From NCBI RefSeq assembly GCF_018977255.1, contig NW_024704743.1, positions 1,178,001 to 1,242,000 of the forward strand: a stretch of 64,000 nt of DNA, read 5' to 3'. Of this stretch, positions 36,451 to 49,906 are shown piece by piece (the stretch's first letter is position 1; each line of letters opens with the position of its first letter). The position numbers were made by a program, and so were the translations under genes. The notes under the pieces were generated by a model. The model ran no database searches. It was given only the letters and a program-made list of their open reading frames with translations, and was not told the DNA's origin. This DNA comes from Callorhinchus milii (Eukaryota).

Positions 36451-38755
36451 TTACCCCCACCCGACCCCCACCTTTCCTGCCCCGGGACATTGTAACAGTA
36501 AAGGTGTGGATCTAGAAAAGAGCCTCAACAATTGGGACTTCCCTCATTCGGAGGCCGGGCGGCCTGACGCTCCAGCACAGCGCAGCGCTGGGGAGGACGC
36601 CGCATGGCTGGAGCTGCCGCGCTTTGAGTGAGATGAAGGCTACACTGAGGTGCGTCCCTGGTCAGGTGGATGTTAAGGATCCTGTGGCTTACCCCCCCCC
36701 CACCCCAATGCTGTTTGGTAAGAGGAGGGAGTTTCTCTCTCTCCCGGTGTCCTGCCCAACAATCCCCCAGATAGAACTGATCACTCACTTCGCGGCTGTT
36801 TGCGGACACTGCTAGTGGAAATTGGCTGCCGTGTTCACCTACAAAATACAGCACGACTACCCTCTCTCTCCAGGGAATCCTGAGCAACGCTTTCGGGACG
36901 TCGCAACGATGTGATTAGAGGCTATATAAATGCAAGGATTATCATTAGTATTAGTATAATAATCACCCCCGGTCTTTGATACGGTGCAGAATGTCACAAA
37001 GTGGTCGACATTGTTTCTGTGAAGTGTAGTGTATGTATAATTTCTCCCGGTGTCCGGGTCAAGAGAATGATATCCTGTAAACCGCAGTAACTGCGTGGGC
37101 TTTAGCGTAGGCGAAACATGACGGCCAATTTATGCACAGCACGTTGGGACGTTCTCCCAATGTGCAAGGCGCTTTTTAAATGCAAATGCGTTGTCATGGT
37201 TCCACAAACAGCTACGAAGTGAATGACCAATTTTGGCCGGACCACGGAGAGGAACTCGCTTCTCATTTGGAATAGTTGTTCTCCTGGCTGTCATCAGCAG
37301 TGCCCTGGAGTACTCGGACCCAACCGAGACTGCCACAGAGGATTGACTCGATTCTGATATTCCGCTGGCAAGCGCGTCGCCTTGGAACCAGTACACTCCA
37401 GGAGACCACATTTAACTCCTCCGTCCTCCCGGAGGTTAATACAATTTAACAACAACAAATTAAATTTATACGGCGCTTTTCACTATGGAAGGACGTCCCA
37501 AGGCGCTGGACAGTTATAGCTTTGCACCCGAGCTGGGGGTTAGAATCAAATGAGGTACAAAGGTACCGTGCGAAGATAGGGGTGACACCAAGAAGTCATC
37601 CCAAAGCACTTGAAAGTGCCTTTTCCTATTTTCATGTCCCTAATACTGTGTGTGTGTGCGCGTAGAGGTGGGTGGGCTGTCAGCCTTTTTGAATTAGTGA
37701 TTTAATGTATTGGTTCAGCTGATAGACTTGACTGCCTATCCTCAGAGTCAGACTCCATCCTCACAGCTCACTGTCACCTAAATCCATCGGTTGGATTACC
37801 GTTATAATTTGCTGACATGAGGCTCTGTTTATAGCTTCTGGTGGTGGGTGATGCTGTGAAAAGAAAAGGTGTTTCTTGATTCGTTGGCGAGGCAAGTTTC
37901 CACATACTCCACATACCTCTGAGGAACTCCATCCCGCAGTCCCTTCGCCTCGCTNCCCTCCCTTGCCTCCTTCAAGACACGTCTCAAGACCCTCATCTTC
38001 GACTGCGATTTTGGCCACCCTCCTACCCCTCCTGATCCCAACCCTCAGCTCGAGTCCAAATCCCTGACTGTCCAGCACCTTGGGAAGTCCTCCCGAGGCG
38101 AAAGGCTCTATACAAATAGAATTTGTTGTTGTGGTTGTTTACCTAGCAGTAAGTAGGAACCCGGTTGTTACTCGATTGGCGAATCGCTTTCCTGGGGCAA
38201 CAATCCCTTCAAGAAAATAAAGAATTTGGTCACTCAATCCACAACTATTTGTGGGACACTGTTGTGCGCAACCGGCTGCCCGTATTGCCCTCAAATTAGA
38301 CAGTCAATCCGCTTTACAATATATTCTGTGAAGTGCTTTATTGAGACTTCTTGTTGAAGTGATAAGGCGCCGTATCAAATGCGAGGATTATTATTATTAG
38401 CACTACCAATGGATGGAGCTATAGAGGCAGCGAGACCTCTAGACTTTTTAACCTCTCAGGAATGCAAGGATCAATTTATCCTCCCATGTAGCGCCAGCTG
38501 AGACTAGCAAATTGGGATTCAAACCAGTGAGCTCCCAATCTATAGATAAACAGGCCTGAATTTGTGAAGCAGAACAGAGGGCGGGCGGGCGGGAGGTATC
38601 TGAAGGTTAGCACAGGCATCCTGTTGTTGATTCAAACGAGTCCTAATCTGTTTTAATCTTCTTCTAATTGGTGATTCTTCTTTTCTCCTCAGCTCTGAAG
38701 ACACTGGCCAGTTCTCCTTTTTTCCCTGCCTCATCCAAATCACTGATCTGATAAA

Positions 38756-38861
38756 ATGGGTCTCAAAGCAGCCTTACCCAAGGCGGAGTTGTGTTTCTAC
38801 ACGCTCGTGTTGTCTCTCGGGATTCTCTGGGCAGGAAGCTGGATCTTTGAAGCCTCCAGAG
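38756..38861 (+). CDS. HHATL: HHATL coding exon 1 (exon begins at 38693 after an acceptor)
   Basis: ttttctcctcag| at 38692; ATG 38756 [36 protein letters not shown]|gtaat. Confidence 0.92.
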
Positions 38862-41800
38862 GTAATAAGGAAGAGACTTTACTAATATTGTTTCTGAGTA
38901 TCTGGGTGTCTGATACATGAGTAACTCATCACCATGCTTAAGAGTATCCAGACCAGATCTAGAGTTTCACGTACGTAACCCACATACCCAAGGAAATTTG
39001 AGAGGATTCAAAGGTTAGTTATTAATGCCAGTGATATATTGTTTATCTTTTAAACCAGTGGTTATTATCTGTCCCCTGATTGCCCTAAGAAGATGGTGGT
39101 GGTGGAACCTTAAACCACCGTAGTTTTTATGGCTGTTTGATGTTGGATTAATAATAATATTAATAATAACGCTTGCATTTGATATAGCACCTTCCACAAT
39201 AGATGGATTCCACAAAGCGCTTCACAAGATTTACTGTAAAGTGTTGTGACTGTATTTTATAGGTGAATGGGGCAGCCAATTTGCACACAGCAATGTTTCA
39301 CAAACATCAATGAGGGAATGACTAATTTGATCCAGGGGAATATTGGCCAGGACACCAGGAGAAGCTCCTTTCTCTTTTCAAGTAGTGCCACAAGATTTGC
39401 CATAATGCCAAAGAGCCGTTTGCCTACAAAATACACAGTCACTACACTTCCTAGGATATTCTGTAAAGCACTTTGTGGTGCCCTCTCTACGAGATGCTGC
39501 ATCAAATGTAAGAATTATTATTGTCCACCTGAACAGGCAGAGGGGACCTTGCCTCAGCATCTCAACCAAAGGATGGCACTTCCAACAATGCAGCGCATTC
39601 CCCATCACTATACAGTCTAGGCTAACAGCTCGGACTGTATGACTTCAAAGTCCCGACATGGGGCCTGACTCAGAGTTGAGAGTACGACAGACCGAGCCAG
39701 GCTGATATATTTATCTCAGCAGATTATGAAGCATTGCTAACGCCTGCTAATTTGGTTCACTTGATCGTGGCTTGGTTTTGAGGATGATTTTGGTGCCATT
39801 GACAGCGTGATGTGGAATCTGACAGCTGCTTGCAGGACAGCTGCTTCTCCGTGCACGTCTCTGAGCCCCTGAAATCCTGGAATGTCGTTCGCTGCGGGGA
39901 ATATGATTCAGGGTGGAGGGCAGTCACTGTGGCAACTGGAAAAGTTATCTCAAGCCTACTCGGGCACAATTTACTCAACTCCTATTCTCCTCTCTCACCT
40001 GCCCATGTTTGATCTATTTACATACCTTGGTGTCATTTGGTGATTTTTAAAAAGTCTTTAGCTCACTATTTCACGTAGTTTATCCCCAACCTCATTGGGA
40101 CATTGGAAAAAAGGAACAGGAGGAAACTCGTCAGCTCAGCGAACCCCTTCCACCGGTTTATTAGATCTTGTAATCTCAATTCCCCGCCTTTTTGCAAAAC
40201 CTCACACCTCTCGTCTAGGGAGCCAGGAGGAGGTGAAAGTAGGCTTTTAGGGCGGAATTTAAAGAGATAGAGTGTGAGATGGAGGGATAGAGACAGGAGG
40301 TTCTATGCAAGTCATATAGATTTTGGTGTGGTCCAATCAAATCTGGCAGTTGATTTTGGTTGGATTTGATCCAGGTGAGTTAATAAATATAAGGATAATA
40401 AATAACACAGCGCCTTTAATTCCATGAGGATGTCTCAAACGCTTCACTGGAATTACTGTAATGTCTGTGTAGGCAAATGTGTATCTGATGGTTTTGCTTT
40501 TCTCTTTCGTCTTTGCAGACAATATGAACAGACAGGGTTTGAAGCCAAATGTTAAGCGAGGGTGGTCGTACATTGGTAGGAAAATGGTAAGGTGATTGGG
40601 GGCATCTCATACCTTTTTTGTTAAGGACTGAAACATGCGACTGGTTTCTAGCCGCTGGCTATTCACAGTAATAAATTTGATCTCATCCTTCCATAATCCC
40701 CTACGTTCCATCACAGCGTTGAGCTGTTCCTTAAATGAGTCCTAGTCTCTATCACCTGTCCTAGGTACCCCATTTGAGATGTTGATTATGTAATTAAACA
40801 CTTCATATTGTCCTTCATGTCCTGAACCTTGTCTTGCTTTAAGGCACATTTCAAAGCTTGGCACAGAACAGGGTCTCCAGGTGACAGCACATTGATGCCA
40901 GTGATGTTTTCAGTTCATATTTTGCGCTTGGTAGTTCTACAGTCACACTTTGAAATTCTAATCTGTTTACATTATGTGCCTTTGTTATCTTTCTCTCTCT
41001 TTCACTCTTTTTTCTATCTGTTTGTTTTTCTTTCTCTTTTTCCTCTCCTTCTTCAGGACGTGGCTGACTTTGAATGGGTGATGTGGTTCACCAAGTTCCG
41101 AAACTACATCCTCTTTGCTTTATCTGGTCATGTCCTCTTCGGCAAAGTTGTTTCCATGATGGCACTTCAGGTGTGTGAAATTTTCTTCGAGAATCATAGA
41201 CTTGGCAGTGTGGTGAAGGGGTCAATGCGAGATCCAACAAACTGCGGTAAAGGGCTGAGTTTGAGACTTGGCACAGTGTGGGGTAAGGGGTTGGTGAGAC
41301 TCGGCACAGTGCAGTGATGGGTTTGGTGTGAGACTCGGCAGTGTGTTCAAACGTTCCGGCGTATTGGATTATAAAGTCTGTGTCCTAATGGGAATCAATG
41401 CGGTCATTGATTTTGTTTTTGCGAAATATAACCTTCTGTCTCAGCTGGTTTCTGAAAATCACCGACTTGCTTTGAAATTGTTTCTTCTTCTGTTCTCCGC
41501 TGAGGGCAGTGATCAGGCAAACACACAGGGGACATGTGGGCTGAGCACACAAGCACAGAAATAATTGACCGAATGGCCTCTTACCTTTTCGTACATTCCT
41601 ATGGTTCTGTGGGTTAAAGTAGAAGGAAGTATTTTCTGTCCTCACCGCATCCCTCTGAAAATATATTTATTGATGTTGTTGCAATTTCCTGGATTTCGGA
41701 TGTCTACTTAAGTCTGGTCAGTTATTTGGAAAAACTTCCTGATTGATGGACTGGTCCATTTTAACAGGACTCAAAAACAATACAGAGGCGCCTGATTGCT

Positions 41801-44800
41801 AAAGCTATTATCTGTGCTGGAGCGATGTACTACAATTTTGTTCCCCTTCTCTGATAAAATTTAAGTGGCTGTGGTTTACTGCCTGTGTGTGCATCTTAGC
41901 AACATTCAAACTAGACCTGGTCAGCGTCTCCTAAAACTCATTGTAAACCTGGCGTCATGCTAATTTGTGGATTTGACTAAGGTGCACTATTAGCTCGCGT
42001 GGCTCCCTCTTTGGGGCTTGTTGGCATCTTGCTTACCACTAGAGCCAGATGAGTTGTAGGATGACTTGCATGACTGTCGAGACAGGCTCAGCTGGATGTG
42101 GATTTAGCCACATAGAGCCTTGAGCTCACTGTCTAGCCTGGTGCAGTATTAGGAGGTAGAGTTGAGCTTTGCATGGTTAGAAGTGTTGTCCTTCATATCA
42201 GAAGATAATCTGAGGGTCCACCTGCTTCTTCGGAACAAGATCCAAAAAGAGAAGGGAGTTTCTCCCAATATCCTAGCCAACAGTACTCCAGTTAAATTGG
42301 TCATTCACCTCAATGATTGTGGGACTTTTCCACAAATAGACTCACTCTCCCTGGCGGGCGGGTGCACCCCGCTGACCTAATTCTGCAGAGTATTAGCAGC
42401 TGATTGGTGACTCCAGAATGTGTATTGGATTCCTGTGGAGGTTAACCAGCTAAAACTGCATCGCTTGCAACTGAAAGCACTTCCTGGCAAGCTTCCTCCT
42501 GCTTGTCCAGTTAGAACCAACCTATGTGTCAGGCGTTTGGCTTGCAGGATAACAGGAGGTGAGTGGGCAGAACCCCTGCCCCCAATGACTGGACTATGGC
42601 ACCATTTACAGTGTATTCTGTGAAGTGCCTTGAGATACGTCGAAAATGTCACCGCCACTTACTGGTGTGGTTATCTACTATATTGCCAATATTCTCTTTT
42701 TCACAGCACAGATCCTTAGTTTTGATGCTTTATGGGATACTTGCTGTCCTGGCTACGATGGGCGTTTCTTACCTGATGTTGATCCTGTCCCACTGTCTCC
42801 TGCTTTACACCATTGGCCTCGCCAAACAGAAATGGTTCTGTTTCGGTGCTGGTCTGTGCAGCTTAGCAACATTCAAACTGGAGCCATTCAGCTCTTGGCA
42901 GGTACGTATTAACTTCACCAAGTCTGCTTTCCTCCACCTTAGTGCCTTCATTTCGCTAATATATTCCGTGCCGGTCTTCACACCCAAACCTTCAGAAGGG
43001 CCAGATTATCTAGAACTCTGCAGCCTGTCTCTTTCCCCACTGCCATCCTCACCAGGCTCAACTCGCTGCCTATCCCCTAGAGGATTGATTTCAGGATCCT
43101 CTTTCGATTGCATCTACATCTTTGTCCAACCCTACTCCTCCAATCCACAAACTCAACCTGGAGCATGCTCTCCTCCGTCACTGTTGCCCTCATCACTGAT
43201 GACCAAGCTTTCAGCCATGATGCCCCATCTCTCTAGAATTCTTTCCAAAACTTCTCTACCTCACGCTCTCCCCTCTACTTTCAAAACCCTTCTAAATACC
43301 GACCTGTTTGGTTATTGGCCTCCTTATACCCCACCCGCGCATCTCACCCTGTTCAGGTCAACACTCCATCTCTATGAATCACACTGAGATAGTCGTGCTC
43401 TGTGATACATTTATATAACTAACTTGATGGTGTGACCTGACTGACCTCCTCCTACACCTATAGGTGACAGTAAGAATCAGTTAATAGCACTCTCGCATCT
43501 GTCAGAATGGTGTGGATTAAAACCACATATCGGAACACTGAGCTCAGTCAGACTGACAAAGTATGACATCTCCAGCAATGCAGCGCTCCCCAGCACTGTA
43601 TTGTAGTACCAGCCTAAATTTACGAGTACAAAGTCCTGCTATGGGGCTTGAACCCACAAGCTTCTGATTCAACATTGCACTTATCTCGCGGCCCTTACGC
43701 AGGGCAGCCACTAGTTGAGCCAGGCTGACACCGAGATGGTTATAATCATGCTGTAATAAGTACTTTCCTGTTCTAGAATGGTTTTGTGATAGGAACATTT
43801 GAGCTGCAGGACATCCTCTTCTACGGGGGGAGTGGCTTCACAATCATGCGATGTATGAGCTTTGCCCTGGAGAACACAGAGAGGAAGGAAGGCCACTACT
43901 CGCTGCTCGACCTCCTTGTGTACAACTTCTATCTCCCCTTCTTCTTCTTTGGGCCTGTGATGACATTCGATCAGTTCTACGCTCAGGTGAGTGCTGAAGG
44001 GAATTGGGACCAGGCTCCCTCCTGTTGGGCATCCACTGAGATCCAATGAAACAACCATAGAGCAAAAACAATTGGAAATTGGGTCTGCTTTTCAAATCGT
44101 GTTGCAGGATCTTTCAACATCCATCTAAAGAAGAGGCAAACAAGACCTAAGTTTAATATCTCATTTGAATGACAGCACCTGAAGAGCTGAATGGACATCT
44201 TTTGAGCTGTAAATTTCTATGATTCCATGGGTAAAATTTGTGGTATTTCCTAAGGAATACCAGATGGTAGTGTCCTTCTACAAATAAGTGGTTTGGAACA
44301 CTTGGGTTTCTAGCACTTGCCATTTTGTTTTTACCCTGAAGTGATGATTTTATTTTGTAAATTTTAGGTCCTGTATTTTTGTGTCTGGTCTTTCTGTTGC
44401 TGTTGGGGGGGTGGTGGGGGGGGGGGAGACTGACTGTGTTTCATTTTGGCCTCTTTCTGCTACAGATCAACAAGGGACACTTCACTCGTAAGGCGGATGA
44501 AATGTGGAACATTCAGAAGTACGCATTCGTCCATCTCGTCGTGATCATCCTAGTGGATATCTTCTTCCATTACCTGTACATTCTGGCCATACCTTCAGAC
44601 ATGCAACTCGTCCTGAATCTCTCTGACTGGGCATTAGGTGCGTCTCCTCTTTCCCCCAGCCCCCCACCACTCTCCAGTACTATGCTGGAGCATCAGCCTA
44701 GACTGTGAGTTCAAAGTCCAGAAATGGGGCTTGAACCCACAATGTTCTGAGCCAGAGCCAACCCTCTAACAACTAAGCCAGGCTGAGTACTCCTGATAAG

Positions 44801-47800
44801 AAGTGTGCACGTACACACACACAACGCAGTGCGCACATGACTCACAAATTATGCAGTATTGAATTCTCATGCTGAATCTTGTCTCCCTTTGCCTGTTGCC
44901 ACAAATGCAATCCCAGCCTGCCTAGCCTACTTGAACCTGGTATACGATTGGGTGAAGGCAGCAGTAATGTTTGGCGTCATCGGCACGGTTGCCAGACTTG
45001 ACTACCTGGATCCACCCCAACCGCCCAAGTGCATCACCATGCTCTACGTCTTCGCTGAAACGTAAGTTCAGGATTCAGAAAATGGCTTCTTTCTCATACT
45101 CAGGCCAAGGCTGAATGTCTTCTTGTGACGCAAGAGAATAAAAGGTGGTGGAACAAGGAAAGGCCATTGGAACTGTCCAGTTCCACAACTTCTGTGATTC
45201 CTATCCAGGATCCTGGTTGTTAGTCGATTGCAGAGCGCTTTCCGTGGGGAATAAATCCATCCAACAACAAACAAAAAATCGCTCAATCCACAAATGTTTG
45301 TGGGATACTGCTGTGCACAATTGGCTGCTGCATTTGCCCACAAACACATAGTATATTCTGTGAAGGACTTTGAGACATCTCAATGAACATGATTCGGCAC
45401 TATATCAAATGCAAGGTTTATTATTATCTGAAGAACAAAGTGAGCTTGGATGAGGAAGGCGAGCACTGTATAACGTGGGAGAAAGGCTCACAGACGGGAG
45501 TGTAAAAAAAAAAGTGATAAATGCTTGTCGTTTTATTCTATCATTTGTCTTTCAGGCATTTTGACAGAGGGATAAACGACTGGTTGTGCAAGTAAGTAAT
45601 GAGGGTCTCTCTCTCTTAACTCTGCTTTGTGCCATGGGATCCTGGGCCCTTGGAGCTGGGCTGAGTCGGATCATGGTCATTCAAGTTTGGACCCATTGAG
45701 GAAAGCAACTGATGGGAGAGAATTTATTCTGAATTCTAAACGAGAATAAGGCACACAGGAAGTGAGTTGCATTCACAGTCAAACTGGCTATCATACCTCA
45801 CGATAACACAGGTGGAGGGGAGGGAGAGAGGCAGGGCTCTTCCAGCACTCAGTGCCTTGGGACGTCCTCCTGACGTGAGAATTGCTATACAAATGTAATT
45901 TGTTGTTGTTGAAGACTGAAGTCAAAGTCACGATTTGTGGCTTAATTCTGACTCTGACGTGAGAGTGCTACCCACAGAGCTGGCATTAAATTAATAGCAC
46001 GCCTTACTACCGAAATAACTCATTGAGGCACAATCCATATATTTGAAAAGGGAAAATATAAAAGGCTGTAGAGGGAGGGCAGAGAAGTAGGATTAAAGAG
46101 TTGGGAGAATGCCACTTGGGTTTAGATTTACTCGAGTCGTGTAACATTCCAGAGCTACCAGATTTGGCAAATTCATAACTAACAACAACAGCTTGTATTT
46201 ATATAGCGTCCCTCACGCAGGGTAGCGTCCCGGAGTGCTTGACAGTGGTTGAGTGGTTGCCGGGGAGATGACTGTAGGCACGGTCAAAGACGAAAGTCTT
46301 CAGGTGCGACCTGCAGAAGGGGGCAACTACAGTTTTCTGCAAGTTCTTCTAAAAAGAAACTTCAAAGTTAAGACTGGATTCAATAATTTGCCTGGAAACT
46401 CTGGAAATACTAAGAAAATAGAACCAAAAAAAATCACAGCACAGAAGGCCATTCAGCCCATATCCTCTGCGCTAGTTAGTTGATCTGGATGCCAGATGAG
46501 AGCAGGATAGGGCTTGGCTACACTTCCCCCTTCTGGTCAAAACAGCCTGCTAACCTCTGTTTGGCTTCATCGTCACACTGCCACCTGTTCCTATCTGCCC
46601 CAGGACAGGTCAGTGCTTTGAGGAGTTACCAGGTTGGGGGAAGTAACTGGAAGGAAGTGGTGAAGGTTAAGCGCTCTGGGACGCCGCCCGGCTTGGAGCA
46701 CGCTGGATATCGTTGTTGTATATCTGTGAAAAAAAGAGAGAAAAAAAAATCTTTATTGACATGCAGTTCGACGTCCAGCCATGTAAACAGCACCACCGCG
46801 TTTGATGTTTCAGATACGTTTATGACTATTTAGGAGAGAATCACGACAACATCGGAAAGGAGTTATTAGCCACAGTCTGCACATTCCTGGTCACTACCCT
46901 CTGGCTGGGACCTTGCGACATTGTCTATATCTGGTCTGTGTGCAACTGCTTTGGCCTCAACTTTGAACTCTGGGTGCAAAAATTCTTTGAGCGGGAGCCA
47001 TTCGCTTCAATTGAGGTGAGTCCTGCCTGGTTGGAAACTACCAAGGAGGAGAAATTCCACATAGATTTACCCTGTTTACGTAGCAGCTTCCAAACTGAGA
47101 CTTATTTTCTGAGTGTGTAATTTGATAAATTTTTAAACGCAGCCTTGTTCTTGAAGCCAATTTTCCTCTAAGAATTGCGTGAAACCTCTATTCAAAGTTC
47201 AATAATGAATTCAGCAATTTGTCAACTTCTGATCGCTCTGAAAGCCTAAGAAAGCAGAACAAATCTGGATCCGAGTGGAATTTCTGACTCACTACCCAGA
47301 GGGAGAGCTGAGGAGGTTGGGGAGGGTCGATTGATTGAGGTGGGAATTGAGATCAGATGGGCCAAAGGGCCTTCTTCTTGTGGCTTTCAGCTGGTCAAGA
47401 GACTCAGTCTTAAAACCAGATCTAAACCTATTTGAAGTGGAATGCAGTGCCCCAGAAGATCGTAGAGGCAGAATTGATTGGAATGTGTGAAGAGCGATGG
47501 GGTAGACACTGGGTAATAAGGGGTTTACAGCCCAGAGGGTGACCTGCTGACATTGTATTTTTTTCTTCTTCAGGATTACATTGGAGTAACTAGTAGTTGT
47601 CGTTGGTAATGAAATAATTAAAGCAGAGGTTAGAAAATATTTCTTCACGCAGAGATTGTTTTGAATGTGGAATTCTCTTGTCAGATTGTAGTTACATGAT
47701 TGAAGATTCAGCAAAACAAAACAGCTTCCAAATTAAGACTTAAATCGAGCATTTTCTCCACTTCCACGCGAGCTTAAACTTAAGACAATGCTGATCTTTT

Positions 47801-49152
47801 ACAGACTATTACTAATTTACAGAATATTATTATTTTCTTAGGCTTTCAGAGCAATCAGAATGATTATAAACATTCTCCCAAACATTCCCAAAAAGTGATA
47901 CTTGATGAGAATATAGAGGATTTAGTTAAGATTTCCGAGAGGTGTGATATCGGTTTCTCTTTCACCCCCCCCACCCCACCCACCCCCCCTCCAGGCTAAC
48001 AAGTTGTCCGAATCCATGTCTCGGAGAATCCGAGGAGTCTTTGGGGCTGCAAACTTCTGGGCCATCATTCTTTATAATATTCTTGCCCTGAACAGTCTCG
48101 ACTTCGCTCTAGTGGTGGCAAGACGGCTAATCATCGAAGGTATGTGTCTGCAGGGTGGAGTGCAACAGGGTTCAATTCAAGTCTGTCTTTCAGCAGCAAC
48201 AACAATTTGCACTTATCTTTACTTGCCTTTCATTTATGGAGAATATCGCAAAATCCTTTACAGAGACTGGAGCACTAGTCTGAACCGGGAGGAAGATGGG
48301 GGAGGGGTAACTAGGTGGTTGAAAGTGCAGTCAAAGAGGGATATCTTAAGGCAGAATTTGAACGTAAAAACAAGGTGAAGGGATTTTGGGAGAGTCGCAG
48401 ACACTCTGGGGTCCCCAAGCCATACCTCTCACCAACGTGTGCCTAATGCTCTGGAATTAGGTAAGCGAGATGCATCCCTCCAGATGCACATTCCATGGCG
48501 AAACCTTAGGCAAGTTTCCTCACTCCACACGCCTCTGTTTACCAGCAGTAAGTAGGAACTCAGTTGTTAAGTCGATTGGCAGAACGCTTTCCGAGGTTAA
48601 TAATCCCTCCAAAAAAAAAAAAAAATTGTCACTCGATCCACGACTGTTTGTGGGCTATTGCTGTGCGCAACTGGCTGCTGCATTTCGCCCACAAAATATA
48701 GTCAATTCACTTTATAGTATATTCTGTGAAGCGCTTTGAGATGTCTCGAAGACGTGATAAGGCGCTATATAAAATGCAAGGGTTATTATTATATTATTAT
48801 TATTGAGTACTCAATTATTTTGTCCTGATGGTGGATTCCATCAATTACTGATAATATCTGAGCTTCCTTTAATCCCATCTTCCATTCTTGAGTAATGACG
48901 TGGATCAGATTACTGGATCATGAGCACGAGGTGCACCAAGCGTTGCTGAAAGGTGCTATACAAATGTAATTTGTTGTCGTCTATATCAAGCCCTGCATTG
49001 ATAGCTGTCCCTCTGCTCTCTCTCTCTCTCGCTCCCCAGGCTTCCCCCTGAGCCCACTGGGAGTCCTGTTCATCACCTACTGTGGCGTGCAGCTCATCAA
49101 GGAGCATGAGCGTCAGCTGGCTCTGGACTCCGAGAAAGAGAAGGTTCAATAG
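38756..49152 (+). CDS. HHATL: Hedgehog acyltransferase-like protein (MBOAT family), 11 coding exons, 501 aa
   Basis: Exons join in frame to 1506 nt. [74 protein letters not shown] (Leu at the MBOAT His position, typical of HHATL rather than HHAT), [10 protein letters not shown]. Confidence 0.95.
39165..39705 (-). mobile_element. Deu-domain SINE with a nested SINE 3' fragment
   Basis: Reverse-complement motifs GGTGTCCTGGCCAATATTCCCC and CAGGTGGAC; boundaries approximate. Confidence 0.55.
40519..40586 (+). CDS. HHATL: HHATL coding exon 2
   Basis: tttgcag|[24 protein letters not shown]|gtaagg. Confidence 0.92.
41057..41170 (+). CDS. HHATL: HHATL coding exon 3
   Basis: cttcag|[38 protein letters not shown]|gtgtgt. 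Confidence 0.93.
42707..42901 (+). CDS. HHATL: HHATL coding exon 4
   Basis: tcacag|[19 protein letters not shown]...[10 protein letters not shown]|gtacgt. Confidence 0.93.
43777..43986 (+). CDS. HHATL: HHATL coding exon 5
   Basis: ttctag|[12 protein letters not shown]...[22 protein letters not shown]|gtgagt. Confidence 0.94.
44466..44637 (+). CDS. HHATL: HHATL coding exon 6
   Basis: ctacag|[14 protein letters not shown]...[16 protein letters not shown]...DWAL G|gtgcgt. Confidence 0.93.
44917..45061 (+). CDS. HHATL: HHATL coding exon 7
   Basis: tcccag|[21 protein letters not shown]...[18 protein letters not shown]|gtaagt. Confidence 0.93.
45556..45591 (+). CDS. HHATL: HHATL coding exon 8 (36 nt)
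   Basis: tttcag|[14 protein letters not shown]|gtaagt. Confidence 0.92.
46814..47015 (+). CDS. HHATL: HHATL coding exon 9
   Basis: tttcag|[12 protein letters not shown]...[30 protein letters not shown]...IE|gtgagt. Confidence 0.94.
47995..48139 (+). CDS. HHATL: HHATL coding exon 10
   Basis: ctccag|[28 protein letters not shown]...RRLIIE G|gtatgt. Confidence 0.93.
48497..48803 (+). mobile_element. tRNA-Ala SINE lacking the head
   Basis: GGCGAAACCTTAGGCAAGTTTCC... to GCGCTATATAAAATGCAAGGG(TTA)n. Confidence 0.85.
49040..49152 (+). CDS. HHATL: HHATL last coding exon
   Basis: ccccag|[38 protein letters not shown]. Confidence 0.93.
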
Positions 49153-49889
49153 TTGCCAGAAGTGGAAAATAGACAAGACCTTTCCTCTGAACATTTACCA
49201 AATATGTCAGTCACAAGGTGCAACAAAGACAAGAGAGGATGGTGGTTGTGGTGGGGTTTGTCATCCCTCATTGCCTTGGGGGAGAGAAAAGAGAATACCC
49301 CCTCCTTTATGGAAGCACTAGTAATTTTATTTAATTTGCATCCTTTGGATAACCTAACAGTATTAATTTAAACTCAAGCTCCCTTTTCCCTCTTTTCTCT
49401 CCCCTTCTCTTCTCCATGGCAGCCTGTCTCACAAATTTTAAGCTATGCACTGCACTTCAGTGGCATTCACCTACTAAAACCAGTCACTACATTTTACAGT
49501 AAATCTTGTGAAGCGCTTTGAAATGGCCTCCTGATGTGAAAGGCTCTTTAGCAAATGTAAGGATCCTAAGAATTGGTGCTTGGGACAAATTTTAGAATGT
49601 GCCTATTTGGGCTAACCCAAGTTTGTGTGCCTGAGTTTCTTTGAAACTGATAAGACTTGGGATATCACAGAACTGACTGTATTCTTTCTATGTCCCAATA
49701 TACCACCCCTCACCCCCTGCCCCCTGGTTGGCCATTCTCAAGCTTTATTTATTTATTGGGAGTCTTTTGAGAGTCAAAATCCGCTGTACCTCACGAGTAT
49801 TGGTGAAGGGTGGCTCGCTGCCAAGCTTCATCTCTCAGACTCAGCTGTTCAAGTCTTTAATTTTAAATGGTGCTTCATGCAAACATGAA

Positions 49890-49906
49890 AATAAACAAGA
49901 AATAAA
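49890..49906 (+). terminator. Candidate HHATL polyadenylation signals
   Basis: Two AATAAA at 49890-49895 and 49901-49906, ~740 nt after the stop. Confidence 0.5.

Noticed and set aside
25577..37955. Single N bases at 25577 and 37955
   Set aside because: Isolated ambiguous calls inside repeats; no effect on gene models
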